Part shown: piece by piece, positions 17,012 to 26,617 of the stretch | Layout: each line of letters starts with the position of its first letter | How positions within the stretch are numbered: the stretch's first letter is position 1 | From: a virus | Length of the DNA: 64,000 bases | IMG/VR virus record: IMGVR_UViG_3300025012_000031 | Span: 91,099-155,098 of that record | Strand: one strand, 5' to 3' | Translations under genes and position numbers: made by a program | Notes under the pieces: generated by a model | The model's database searches: none | What the model was told of the DNA's origin: nothing | The model's input: only the letters and a program-made list of their open reading frames with translations

Positions 17012-17022
17012 TCTTTTCTCCT

Positions 17023-17532
17023 TTACAGATTTAGTTTACGAGCGATTTCATCTGTTCTCACGCTGAGAACATCTGTTCTCAAATTGAGAACATAGGCCAG
17101 TTCATAAGGTGTCGGTGCTGTCCAACTTTTCGCCATATTACTTAGTATTTCTTTAGGAACCTGTCTTTCACGCAAATTTTGGAGTTTCATTGCCGCATCA
17201 ATATCTGGTGCAAACAACACAAACTTGAACTTGGCGCCGAACTCTCTACCAACAACCAACCAATCTTTTCTTGCCTTCGGTGAAGTATGAGTGTTGGTTA
17301 TTCCAATATGAGTGATGTTCGGATCAGTAAGCGCCTGTGTGTACAAGGCACGACAACGATCGGTTACTTGTCTTTCATGTGTAAAGCAATCTTCTCTACC
17401 AGTCAATATCTTTCGCATGTCATCCCTATTGATAATAACATGCGGTGTATCTTTAAGCATTTCCGCAACGAACGTTGACTTACCACATGATGGTATGCCG
17501 ATCGTTATGATAACTGTTTTTTCCATATTCAT
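17023..17532 (-). CDS. polynucleotide kinase domain (AAA_33)
   Basis: GIPSCGKST, INRDDMR, R.RQVP. Confidence 0.85.
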   Translation of the reverse strand: MNMEKTVIITIGIPSCGKSTFVAEMLKDTPHVIINRDDMRKILTGREDCFTHERQVTDRCRALYTQALTDPNITHIGITNTHTSPKARKDWLVVGREFGAKFKFVLFAPDIDAAMKLQNLRERQVPKEILSNMAKSWTAPTPYELAYVLNLRTDVLSVRTDEIARKLNL

Positions 17533-17657
17533 ATCTCCATATTAATTCAATGAATTCGTTATGTCAACAACTTTATTTTAAAATTTCATAAACGTGCCGA
17601 TGTTCAATTTGGGCCGATATCTTCCTAAGTTTCCACCGCTCGTATAACTGTTGCCGA

Positions 17658-18077
17658 CTAGCCATTCCCTGAAACCCCGTCGACCTTAGTCGTGTCGGCA
17701 TCGTCAAGATCGCATAAACGACTTATATCATCAACAGAAAGTTTCTTGGCATATGTTTTGAAGTAATCAATGAAAATGCCGATCCCCGCCCTATGATCAT
17801 ATTGGTTTTCTTCCTTCTCGTATAAAGAAACAATCACATTACGAAATTTTAGCAGCGTATCAATACTAAAAATTTCTTTGGGTAACTTCACTGCTATATT
17901 GTTGTACCGATCAATGTACAGGTCTTTAAGGATGACCCCGTCAATCTCAACCGAGTCGTCGGTTCTTTTAATATAGCCAACATTCAGAACATTGGCTACC
18001 TCGATATTAATCCGCCGATTCATCACTTCTAACGCTTCACGTTCAATCGTCTTTATGCTTTCACGTAGTCCGTTCAT
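17658..18077 (-). CDS. hypothetical protein
   Basis: AAGGAG SD; operon. Confidence 0.65.
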   Translation of the reverse strand: MNGLRESIKTIEREALEVMNRRINIEVANVLNVGYIKRTDDSVEIDGVILKDLYIDRYNNIAVKLPKEIFSIDTLLKFRNVIVSLYEKEENQYDHRAGIGIFIDYFKTYAKKLSVDDISRLCDLDDADTTKVDGVSGNG

Positions 18078-18089
18078 TCGTTTTCTCCT

Positions 18090-19085
18090 TTACATACGAA
18101 GTTTATCTTTGAGATATGTGATCGGAATCATCTTCACTGCTTTATCTTTTTCTTCGTCATCACGGTATAATTGCTGGGCATTAGTTCCGATACATCTGTT
18201 GACAAATTCATCATAGATTTTTTTCTGTTCATCTCTTGGAAATCTATATTTGATAACTTCACATAGATCAATGAAACTCCACATCCGATCTTTTGTTGTA
18301 TGCGTGGTAAATAATATATCTGAAATTTCTGATAGATCAGTTGTATATGATGATTCCGCTACAGACAGTTCACCCAATAGACGGCCGTTTAGTGCCGGTG
18401 AATTCTCCATGATAACTTTGTATTTTTTCCGAAGGCCATGTGTCACCGAAAATGCATGTGGGTGGACTTCTATGTAAGTCGGTATACCCTTTTTACACTT
18501 AGCAACATATTCATATTGACTGTTGGCGAAATCAATGGAACCCAACAGATACTTATGGAAGACACCCTTGATTCCTTTAGTGATATCATTCCAATCGCTA
18601 TAGTGCGAGAATATCGCCCACTCTGTTGGAATACACGCAGCATCACAGTCAACAGGAACGAAGTCAAATTGAATGTTGCCAATTGGAGTTTTGAATAATG
18701 CCGAAATTTGAGAGATGGACGTTTGACTAATACCAAAGCATTCAAACGAACCGATCTGTTTATTGTCCCTTAGAAATTGTCTTAGAGAATGATAGTCACG
18801 TTTGTCAATGAAAACATCAACATCACCGAACTGCGGTTTAAACTCGGCAAGTTCGATATTGGCTATTGCATAATCAAAAAGAAATCGCGATGAACCGGCG
18901 AAACGATACTTACTTGGTATTACTATGTTCGGCCAAAGTGGAACAGCATCAATCCACTTTTGCTCGAACTCGGCATTTAGTACACCCAATAGTTCATTGA
19001 TGACCGTTGTGACTTGGTGCCTTGGATAAACTAAAAGGTCGACACAATCTGCGCCGACCCCATTGACTTGAATGTTTCCGCCCAT
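18090..19085 (-). CDS. Pol-beta-superfamily nucleotidyltransferase (MGGN-start phage family)
   Basis: AGSS, FGDVD, IQFDF; start re-placed after AAGGAG because the tracked TTG is part of a -10 box. Confidence 0.75.
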   Translation of the reverse strand: MGGNIQVNGVGADCVDLLVYPRHQVTTVINELLGVLNAEFEQKWIDAVPLWPNIVIPSKYRFAGSSRFLFDYAIANIELAEFKPQFGDVDVFIDKRDYHSLRQFLRDNKQIGSFECFGISQTSISQISALFKTPIGNIQFDFVPVDCDAACIPTEWAIFSHYSDWNDITKGIKGVFHKYLLGSIDFANSQYEYVAKCKKGIPTYIEVHPHAFSVTHGLRKKYKVIMENSPALNGRLLGELSVAESSYTTDLSEISDILFTTHTTKDRMWSFIDLCEVIKYRFPRDEQKKIYDEFVNRCIGTNAQQLYRDDEEKDKAVKMIPITYLKDKLRM

Positions 19086-19154
19086 GTGATCGTCTCCTTT
19101 AGGATTCGTAATGAACGGCCATTTTATCAATTTTTTAGAAGAATGTCAATAACT

Positions 19155-19442
19155 TTATACTCCACGCCTACGAGATTTGAGATCACGCATCAACCGATCG
19201 AATTGGTCCTCGGCAATCCAAACAACAACAGTCTTCCCCGTGCCAGGGTCCTTCTGGTGAATTGCCACACCGACCGCGGATGTTCCACCGACAAAGAGTG
19301 TTGGGACTGATGTATTAGAGATGATCTTTGTGAACTCATCGCCGAATGAAGTTGTGGGGAGCACTTCGGCTTCTGTGACCGGTTTGGCACCGAGAACCTC
19401 AGCTGCTTTAAGATGTCGTGAGAATTTATCTTTTGTGATCAT
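19155..19442 (-). CDS. hypothetical protein
   Basis: TAATG-coupled to the upstream ORF. Confidence 0.7.
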   Translation of the reverse strand: MITKDKFSRHLKAAEVLGAKPVTEAEVLPTTSFGDEFTKIISNTSVPTLFVGGTSAVGVAIHQKDPGTGKTVVVWIAEDQFDRLMRDLKSRRRGV

Positions 19443-19876
19443 TATTCTATCTCCACTATTGTCAATTTTTTAAACTCTATGATAGTACCGTTCATATCTT
19501 CAACGACAACCTTTTCTGTTCCTGGTTTTGGAAATGATCGACCCGGTGGAAGAAACGTAATTAAGCTAAGATTGCCATTGGCATCGACCCCAGAAACAAA
19601 TCCCTGATTAAGAGACTTGGAGAAGAAAAGAATCTCATCTCCAGCTTTTGCGGTCATCGTCTTAAACTGTTCTATTGCATTAATGAATAGTGTTTTGATA
19701 TCATCCGTGGTTAATGTTGTCCTTTGAATGATTCTATCAAGACCGTGCTTTGTATTGAGGAGCCAGAGATTCTTCCAAAAGAAAAGAAACTTACTACCAA
19801 GATTAAGCACGCCATCAAGCAAGCCTTCATCTATTTCTGTTTGTCTTTGTTTGAAAGATTTTATCATCTTCATCAA
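19442..19876 (-). CDS. hypothetical protein, possible internal head protein
   Basis: N-terminal IKSFKQ...IDE resembles a T4 capsid-targeting peptide. Confidence 0.6.
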   Translation of the reverse strand: MMKMIKSFKQRQTEIDEGLLDGVLNLGSKFLFFWKNLWLLNTKHGLDRIIQRTTLTTDDIKTLFINAIEQFKTMTAKAGDEILFFSKSLNQGFVSGVDANGNLSLITFLPPGRSFPKPGTEKVVVEDMNGTIIEFKKLTIVEIE

Positions 19877-19884
19877 TACCGATC

Positions 19885-20541
19885 TTATGCAAACAATACA
19901 CCCAGCTCTGCTTGTTTACCACCCTTGCTAACACGAACTTCATAGCGAAGGTTCGGAGAAAATTGACGATTGATCTTGTCCTTATAAGCGACAAATGCTT
20001 TGATGTTGTCAACATCCGTGTCATCAAACTTACGCTTGTCTCGGCGAGAGATGATGCTTGGCATTGTACCAAACGTATCATAGTCCTTTTCGGCCATTTC
20101 ATCTGGATCACAGTCAGCAACTTTATAAACATCATCTTCTTTTATGACATAGAACTCTTCAAAATCGTTGAGATCATATTCACTGAACTTCCCACCCATT
20201 GTAAATGCAGGAGCGAAGAGTTTGTCACGAGCCGCATCTTTGAGAGATTCGAAGCTACGAGGATTATATTCATCATATTCCTTGTTACGAAACTTCTTTT
20301 TCAATTGTTTACGACGCGATTGGCCCTTCTCAAGAGCGACCTCTCCACCGCCGCTATTAGGATCATTTCCTATGACGACGTCTTCTGCCGCGGTATCATC
20401 AAGATCAAGTTTATTATACCACTTGAAAAATTCATCCCATGTAGTAAATCCGAACATCCCTTCAAATTCCTTAAGCGGTGGGACTGACACTTTCTTACCA
20501 CGACCTTCGGTGAGATAGACTTTAAAGCCCTTTATCTTCAT
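19885..20541 (-). CDS. hypothetical protein, possible internal head protein
   Basis: N-terminal MKIKGFKVYLTE. Confidence 0.65.
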   Translation of the reverse strand: MKIKGFKVYLTEGRGKKVSVPPLKEFEGMFGFTTWDEFFKWYNKLDLDDTAAEDVVIGNDPNSGGGEVALEKGQSRRKQLKKKFRNKEYDEYNPRSFESLKDAARDKLFAPAFTMGGKFSEYDLNDFEEFYVIKEDDVYKVADCDPDEMAEKDYDTFGTMPSIISRRDKRKFDDTDVDNIKAFVAYKDKINRQFSPNLRYEVRVSKGGKQAELGVLFA

Positions 20542-20545
20542 ATTA

Positions 20546-21454
20546 TTACCTTCCTCTGAATGTATCACTTATCACTTTAAATTTGAAAGTATCAGCAACG
20601 GTGCAGACGATTCCTTCGACTTCATCCCCGAACTTATAATCATTCACACTATCAAAGATGTCTTTAGCAAACGAGTTGCCGTACTCAAGCATCAGATCAT
20701 ATAGCTCTTGTTTTACTTCCTTATGTCGATGTTTTCGACTTTGGAGAATAAAGGACGGCATATCATCTAATTTTATTTTATTTATACTTTCAATGAATTC
20801 AGAAAATGGCTTTGTGATCTTGATCGGTTTCTGTCTGATAAATGGGTCGCTATAAATCGCTCGTTCATTATTTAATCTCTTGATCGAATTAATCAGAAAC
20901 ATTTGAACATTTGGCTGTATGGCGCCATCAAACCCACCAAAATCATTGTTCCCAATAACAGCATGATTGACTATAGTCATCATGTGGCCAAGTTTTCCCA
21001 TGTCATAATCTGTCTTAATGAAACGGATAGACCCATTCGGTTGAATCGTACCCAATGGATTATAAAGACATTCAGCGACAAATTTAATACCACGATGACT
21101 ACGAAATGCATATTTGTTCAAACTCAAGAATTTCTGTAGCCTCGCATCATTCAACATCATATCAAAGATGTGATCATACGCATCGGCGATTTCATTTGAC
21201 TGCCCATATTTTTGTATGGCATATTCAGAGAAGGACCCGTGTTTATGTTGGGGACCAGACCTAGATGATTCGATAAAAAATCTATCATGTTCATCTAACC
21301 CATACCGAAGACCAAAGCCATCGATCTTGAGTTGAATGTGCGGTGTAAAGCCGGGTAGATTACCGAAAGAATTCATCGAAAATAACATACGAAGTAAATC
21401 ATTCTTTTGCATCGTTTCGATATGCGGTATGCCTTTTCTTGGTGTCGGTTCCAT
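20546..21454 (-). CDS. ligase-fold nucleotidyltransferase (DUF6267-like)
   Basis: PHIE, KIDG (motif I), AECLY, EGIV (IV), FKFKV (V). Confidence 0.7.
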   Translation of the reverse strand: MEPTPRKGIPHIETMQKNDLLRMLFSMNSFGNLPGFTPHIQLKIDGFGLRYGLDEHDRFFIESSRSGPQHKHGSFSEYAIQKYGQSNEIADAYDHIFDMMLNDARLQKFLSLNKYAFRSHRGIKFVAECLYNPLGTIQPNGSIRFIKTDYDMGKLGHMMTIVNHAVIGNNDFGGFDGAIQPNVQMFLINSIKRLNNERAIYSDPFIRQKPIKITKPFSEFIESINKIKLDDMPSFILQSRKHRHKEVKQELYDLMLEYGNSFAKDIFDSVNDYKFGDEVEGIVCTVADTFKFKVISDTFRGR

Positions 21455-21519
21455 GTGTTCACCTCAAATGAAAATGGCCACCTTTTCAGATGGCCATGAT
21501 TGAATTAATCAGTTAATGA

Positions 21520-21747
21520 TTATTGCAAATTGGCGCGGATGTATCTTTTCACCGCCGCCGAATCAACCTTGAAGTTCGGTTTGTTAAGTTCTGCGGCAAT
21601 GTTAACTGAACCCGCTTCGGGACCAAAAAGTACAGGCAAACCGCGGATCGCAATTTCACCATTCGGTCCATTCATCGTGATTGACTTGCGTTCTTTGTTG
21701 ACTGTGTACTGCCATTCTTGATCACCAACTTTTACGGATGAAATCAT
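21520..21747 (-). CDS. hypothetical protein
   Basis: Own promoter, AAGGAG SD, downstream terminator. Confidence 0.75.
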   Translation of the reverse strand: MISSVKVGDQEWQYTVNKERKSITMNGPNGEIAIRGLPVLFGPEAGSVNIAAELNKPNFKVDSAAVKRYIRANLQ

Positions 21748-21787
21748 GTGAATCTCCTTTGATGCTATGTGGGTTGATGATAGTGAG

Positions 21788-21816
21788 ATATTAATACAAA
21801 CGATGAATCAAGTCAA
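21788..21816 (-). promoter_or_regulatory. sigma70-type promoter
   Basis: TTGACT-17-TAATAT; spacer similar to the 3038-3066 promoter. Confidence 0.65.
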
Positions 21817-21818
21817 TA

Positions 21819-22217
21819 TTAAACTGACCTCATGTTGCTTTTCAAAATGCGGATGAATTTTATCCATTCCGTCAGCAAAGAAATCCGGGCGGGAACGGTA
21901 GAAACCGGGTCGTCACAAAAGGCATCGTGTATAGAGTAAAATTTTCTGGGAAGGCTCCGGGCCCACAAATTACACACGGCGTCATTGCCGCTTTCCTGCC
22001 ATAATTGGTGCTCAAGAATACCCCACACACAATTAAGTCGACATTTCTCTACTTCAATTCCTCTGTCTTGAACCCTTTCACATAATGGACAATCACCGCC
22101 GACTGCGCTAAAATCATTCTTCTTATATGCCCGACGCATCTTTATCAGCGTCGGTAAAAACAGCACCAGCCGATTAATGTCTTCCTTTGATAATTCTCTA
22201 TCGGTATAATCTGACAT
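21819..22217 (-). CDS. hypothetical Cys-containing protein
   Basis: CPLC...C...C; AGGAG SD. Confidence 0.65.
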   Translation of the reverse strand: MSDYTDRELSKEDINRLVLFLPTLIKMRRAYKKNDFSAVGGDCPLCERVQDRGIEVEKCRLNCVWGILEHQLWQESGNDAVCNLWARSLPRKFYSIHDAFCDDPVSTVPARISLLTEWIKFIRILKSNMRSV

Positions 22218-22228
22218 ATTTGTCTCTC

Positions 22229-22939
22229 CTAACCCCGACCGTTGATGATGTGTTTGAATGAATTTTTCGCCTTGATGTAATCAATTAATTCATCTTCATT
22301 TGTGATAGGTGTCTTTGACTCCATGTAACACACCTCTAACAATTTGGAATGATGCGCATCAGAACTACATAACTGAACTTTTCTTTTCATTCCCCAAGGA
22401 ATCATCCGCCATCTCCAAAACGGAATGTGGCTTGGATGGAAATGATCAGTGCCACCGTTGACGCGTTCGAAGCCATCAATGATATCAGCAGCCCCTCTTT
22501 TAACCCATCGCTTTGGTTGATTTGGGTGCGCCATGATAACGGCACATTTGTATTTGTTGCGAATCATTCTGATATCGTCGACAGTCATTAACCCTGTAAT
22601 TAAATCAAAGCCCGTTATTAAACGTGCATCTCGTAAATGAAGAATCTCTTTGATTGCCTCCTCTCCGAAGATAAGACATTCTTCCATGCGACCGACGCTA
22701 ATCTCGATGCCGCAGATGATAGGAATACCAACTACCCGCGACGCCGAGGCCACAACATCAATTTGGTCAATATACTTGTTAAGATTCAGACTACATGTAT
22801 CTTTTGAATACACATGATCCGTCAAAACACATGCAGTGAATCCGAGGCGTTTACATTCCATGGCCATCTCTGTGACAGTGTTTTTACCGTCGGAGTAAAC
22901 ACTATGGGCGTGCATATTAATGTAATTCATATTCACCAC
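22229..22939 (-). CDS. PHP-domain phosphoesterase
   Basis: HAHSVYSDG, TDH, GIEIS, AHP, SDAH. Confidence 0.92.
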   Translation of the reverse strand: MVNMNYINMHAHSVYSDGKNTVTEMAMECKRLGFTACVLTDHVYSKDTCSLNLNKYIDQIDVVASASRVVGIPIICGIEISVGRMEECLIFGEEAIKEILHLRDARLITGFDLITGLMTVDDIRMIRNKYKCAVIMAHPNQPKRWVKRGAADIIDGFERVNGGTDHFHPSHIPFWRWRMIPWGMKRKVQLCSSDAHHSKLLEVCYMESKTPITNEDELIDYIKAKNSFKHIINGRG

Positions 22940-23601
22940 CGCTCAAACGGCAAGACCGCCATCGCCGAATTCGTATACTTCATATCATGAGTGATCTCAT
23001 CACCGATCCATAGCGCATGACAAAACGGCGACGGCCTTTCTTTACCAAACTCCATCTCGGCCACAATGAGGCCTCTATTCTCGTCTAGAAACTCGTCGAC
23101 CTCGTAATAGAGGTTATTCGTATACGGAATAATATTGCGGACCTTACGGACCCTTCCAGCATCCAGAACCGCCACAATATCATATGCCAGGTCAAGATCG
23201 GCGGGAAAATTAAATTCGTCTCTCTCGTAACCACAACCACCTTTGAAAGTTAGTTCTGCTTTCTTTCCTTCGGTGATGCGAATCCTGATCGCCGTTTCGT
23301 TGGTATCAATCGCCCACACCCTAATGTTAGCCCCGGTCTCACTTATTCTCTTGGGTCGGAGAACACTTATCATCTCCATTGCATCACTGGGTTTAACGAC
23401 AAAGCTGAAACTAATCTCGGCACCATCACGTTCGTCGGCGAACGTGATCTCGGCAGCGCCTATTATAAGATTGCCGATCATACCTACTGTTATCTTTGTG
23501 TTTTCGTTGAAGTACCATTGCTCGATGATCTTTGCTTCTTTGATATGATTTCGCCACTCCGGGGAGCAGACGAGAAATTTCTGTTCACGTTCTTTTGCCA
23601 T
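22933..23601 (-). CDS. CYTH-domain (triphosphate tunnel) protein
   Basis: EREQKFL, RIRI, LTFK, R.E, K.R, EVDEF, AEME. Confidence 0.88.
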   Translation of the reverse strand: MAKEREQKFLVCSPEWRNHIKEAKIIEQWYFNENTKITVGMIGNLIIGAAEITFADERDGAEISFSFVVKPSDAMEMISVLRPKRISETGANIRVWAIDTNETAIRIRITEGKKAELTFKGGCGYERDEFNFPADLDLAYDIVAVLDAGRVRKVRNIIPYTNNLYYEVDEFLDENRGLIVAEMEFGKERPSPFCHALWIGDEITHDMKYTNSAMAVLPFERW

Positions 23602-23623
23602 TCATTTTTTCTCCAAAAGGTTA

Positions 23624-24814
23624 TTATGCAGATAGTGCCAATTGAAAAGTGTCTCTCAGCATCACCATGTAATTACGATCCTCGCACATGCTTTTCCCGG
23701 GGGAGTCAGAAAGTTTGGCCACGGGTTTTCCATCGCAGTTGACCATCTTCATTACGATAGATAGAGCTTTGCTTGAATCGAAGTCATTGGTCAGATTGGT
23801 GCCGATTCCGAAGACGATGGTTGGAAAGGCCAGACCGAGATGTTGATTATATTCGCCACAGCTAAACATAATCGACGATGCCGTCTCAACATCAAGTCCA
23901 TCACTGAAAATGAATGTCTTTGTGGAGGGATCAACACCAAGTTCAGCAAGACGATTAATCAGTGTCATATACCAAATCATGGTGTTTCCAGAATCATGGC
24001 GGAAGCCGCGGTATCGCTTGGCGTTTTCAACAGAGAGATCGCGACAAAATGCATCAATACCAACGATGTCTGTTAGAGCAACGGCGAGCTTATCGCCATA
24101 CTCATCGTACCAAACATTGAGGGCATTCTTCTGAAAGTCGATGAGTTTGGGAGAAAGAGCCTGATATGCCTGGAACCACTCGTGGGCTTGGGTACCTTTA
24201 CAGGGAATGCCGAGTTTCCAGGCGAGGTAGACGTTAGAGGTGCCACCAAAATTTTTCAGATTGTCTTTGAGATACGAAACGACCTCGTACTGCCAACGAC
24301 GTGAGCGGCGACGGCGGGTTCCCATCTCAATGATCGGCATACCAACCTCATTAGCATCGTTGATCTTTTCACGGAGGTTAAACATTGCACTGGTGTAATC
24401 GGGGTGGGGGTCCTCATTGCGGAAGTAAACCTCGTTAACGATGGCAAGAACCGGGACCTCAAAGAGGATCGTATTGACCCAATGACCTCGGATGCGGATA
24501 ACGATGTCATTCCAATCCCAGGAGATGAAAACCGTCTTCGGATCAAGCTGGAAGTCTTTGAGATAGTCAAGAAAGTCTTCAGCGAAGATATCCAAAGATC
24601 GAAGGTACTCAATTTCTTCGGACTTGAATTTCAATGCACAATACCATCTGATCTGATTCTCGATCAGCTCGATATATTTCGTCAGATTTACTCCTTCCGA
24701 CCGGCACTTAAATGCATAATCAACAATCGGATTTTCTGTCTGATGAAATGCTGCTTGCATCTGTGTGAGTTTGTATAAGTCATTATCTAACAACGAAGGT
24801 TCTAACATAAACAT
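23624..24814 (-). CDS. pncB: nicotinate phosphoribosyltransferase
   Basis: DLYKL.Q.QA, EMGTRRR, GTSNV, GTQAHEW, RHDSG, FSDGL, FGIGT, KLSDSPGK. Confidence 0.96.
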   Translation of the reverse strand: MFMLEPSLLDNDLYKLTQMQAAFHQTENPIVDYAFKCRSEGVNLTKYIELIENQIRWYCALKFKSEEIEYLRSLDIFAEDFLDYLKDFQLDPKTVFISWDWNDIVIRIRGHWVNTILFEVPVLAIVNEVYFRNEDPHPDYTSAMFNLREKINDANEVGMPIIEMGTRRRRSRRWQYEVVSYLKDNLKNFGGTSNVYLAWKLGIPCKGTQAHEWFQAYQALSPKLIDFQKNALNVWYDEYGDKLAVALTDIVGIDAFCRDLSVENAKRYRGFRHDSGNTMIWYMTLINRLAELGVDPSTKTFIFSDGLDVETASSIMFSCGEYNQHLGLAFPTIVFGIGTNLTNDFDSSKALSIVMKMVNCDGKPVAKLSDSPGKSMCEDRNYMVMLRDTFQLALSA

Positions 24815-25443
24815 TTAATGATTCTCCATCCCTTATGTTTCTTATTGTTTGTTAACGTGCGTTGCATATGGGCACGATGAAGGTTATGTTCTCTACAAAA
24901 TGCATTCATTCCAGATGTTGTATTATACAAATTTCCGTCTTGATCTTCAACTAAATAATTCTTTATATTAATTTTTCCGGTTGATGTTGCACTACATTTT
25001 TTTCTTGTTTCATCTGTTGTTATTCTTGCCTTTCTAGCTATCGAAAGATTTGATTTATGTTCCTCTGAAAAGAGGACACCCATCTTCCCTTTACTTATAT
25101 TTTCGCGATGTTCTTTAGAAAACTTTCGACCGATTCTTTTCTCGGCCATCTTTCTTTGCATCTCTTCAGTGAATCCCGAAAAGCCGTCGCCGCCAATAGA
25201 TAAATTATATCCAACGTCTGCATTCCGAGAATTTAATTTCTCTATCCAAAATATCTCTCTTTGGTTTAATTCTTCAAAAGAAAAACATTCTTCGAGAATT
25301 TCTTTAGAAAAACTTTCTTTACCGTATTTCTTTATTGCATGTGATAACACAATACCAGAACCAAGATAATCTTTTCTCTTTGATGATTGTTTCCCAACAT
25401 AAATTTTCCCATTGATATTATTCGTCGTCTTATAAATGAACAT
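24802..25443 (-). CDS. GIY-YIG (Seg-like) homing endonuclease
   Basis: FIYKTTN.INGKIYVG, YLGSG, GYN, NUMOD3 repeats. Confidence 0.93.
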   Translation of the reverse strand: MFIYKTTNNINGKIYVGKQSSKRKDYLGSGIVLSHAIKKYGKESFSKEILEECFSFEELNQREIFWIEKLNSRNADVGYNLSIGGDGFSGFTEEMQRKMAEKRIGRKFSKEHRENISKGKMGVLFSEEHKSNLSIARKARITTDETRKKCSATSTGKINIKNYLVEDQDGNLYNTTSGMNAFCREHNLHRAHMQRTLTNNKKHKGWRIIKCLC

Positions 25444-25468
25444 ACAAACCGCCTTTCTGGTTTGTATG

Positions 25469-25476
25469 TATTTATA
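25469..25476 (-). promoter_or_regulatory. late promoter abutting an RBS/ATG hairpin
   Basis: TATAAATA then CATACAAACC/GGTTTGTATG. Confidence 0.75.
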
Positions 25477-25486
25477 AAAGTCTTTA

Positions 25487-25540
25487 TCAAATTAAGAGTT
25501 TATATAAGTCATTGTCGAGAAGACTGTGTTCAAGTATCAT
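25487..25540 (-). pseudogene. orphaned original 5' end of pncB
   Basis: GGAG SD, MILEHSLLDNDLYKLLI* versus pncB MLEPSLLDNDLYKLTQ. Confidence 0.88.
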
Positions 25541-25613
25541 TTCTTTCTCCATTTCAAAAGATTATGGGCCTTCCTAAAAACAATATATCAGGAAGGCCCA
25601 TAGATGTAAATGG

Positions 25614-26063
25614 TTAAATTGCGTCGGGGAAAAGTTTATCCCATTCATCGGCGAGCTTGTGCATGGCCTTTTCATCGTTGTCCCAGAAACCGATTTTCTT
25701 CGCCGCGGCATAAAGTCTGTTGCCTTCGGTGAACATTGGTTCTGGTGCAATGACAACTTTACACGGGTCAGAACAACAAGAGCTTCCTTCAAAGAGAAGT
25801 TCGCAATCCGGGAAGTGTACTTTCAATATCTCAATTGCCCGCTGTCTGACATCATCTTCAGTGTCAAACCGCTCTGTCAAATCGCCGACTTTATACGAAT
25901 CCCAGTTGTCTTTTTTGTTGAGGGTGTCAACTTCTTCCCGTGACATCGGTTTTGAAACTTCAACTTTAGAGTGCGGGGAATTGCATGTCAGCGATCCGTA
26001 AAAATGTTCGGCACCTATTGATACACCGGCCCAGGAAGTGATTCTTAGATACACGGCTTTCAT
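25614..26063 (-). CDS. hypothetical protein
   Basis: Operon-packed ORF. Confidence 0.7.
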   Translation of the reverse strand: MKAVYLRITSWAGVSIGAEHFYGSLTCNSPHSKVEVSKPMSREEVDTLNKKDNWDSYKVGDLTERFDTEDDVRQRAIEILKVHFPDCELLFEGSSCCSDPCKVVIAPEPMFTEGNRLYAAAKKIGFWDNDEKAMHKLADEWDKLFPDAI

Positions 26064-26065
26064 GA

Positions 26066-26614
26066 TTAAACCTTTGGCCTTTCCTTGACCTCGAGAAGAT
26101 CATATTTATAGTCGTTACCACCACGACGATCAAACTTGATGTCGACGAAGCGGAAACCCTCAAGAGTGTTGAACATGCTGATGTCTTTCGGAGCAACCTT
26201 CAATTTATCAGGCAAATGATTCTGCACTTCATCACAGAGAGCAAAGTAAGTGGATGATATCTTCCGCAGACCGTCAGATCGCCAACAGGAGTCATGGTTA
26301 GATGTGTTCTCCCATTCCTCCATCGGCAAGATGTTCCCAAAGAATAGTTTACCTATTGTGTGGCCACACCACACATGGACATTGCCATGGAAGATGAAGT
26401 TCAGATTGGCATATGCCGACTTTGCATCGTAGCCGCTAAGGGTGTTCCCGTCCTCAAGATACCCCCAATAGTTGGCGCGGAGTTCAACAGAGACAAGCAG
26501 CGCGGTTTGGTATTCGCCGTCTCGTCTTGATTTGAAGTTATGATCAATCTCTTTACGAAAAAAATCGACAATCGTTGCAACGGTGTGTTCGGCATCAAGC
26601 CCACATACGCCCAT
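26066..26614 (-). CDS. hypothetical protein
   Basis: Operon-packed ORF following pncA. Confidence 0.7.
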   Translation of the reverse strand: MGVCGLDAEHTVATIVDFFRKEIDHNFKSRRDGEYQTALLVSVELRANYWGYLEDGNTLSGYDAKSAYANLNFIFHGNVHVWCGHTIGKLFFGNILPMEEWENTSNHDSCWRSDGLRKISSTYFALCDEVQNHLPDKLKVAPKDISMFNTLEGFRFVDIKFDRRGGNDYKYDLLEVKERPKV

Positions 26615-26617
26615 GAT

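Noticed and set aside
18090-19085. NadD/NMNAT completing the NAD pathway
   Set aside because: No HxGH motif; the motifs are Pol-beta type
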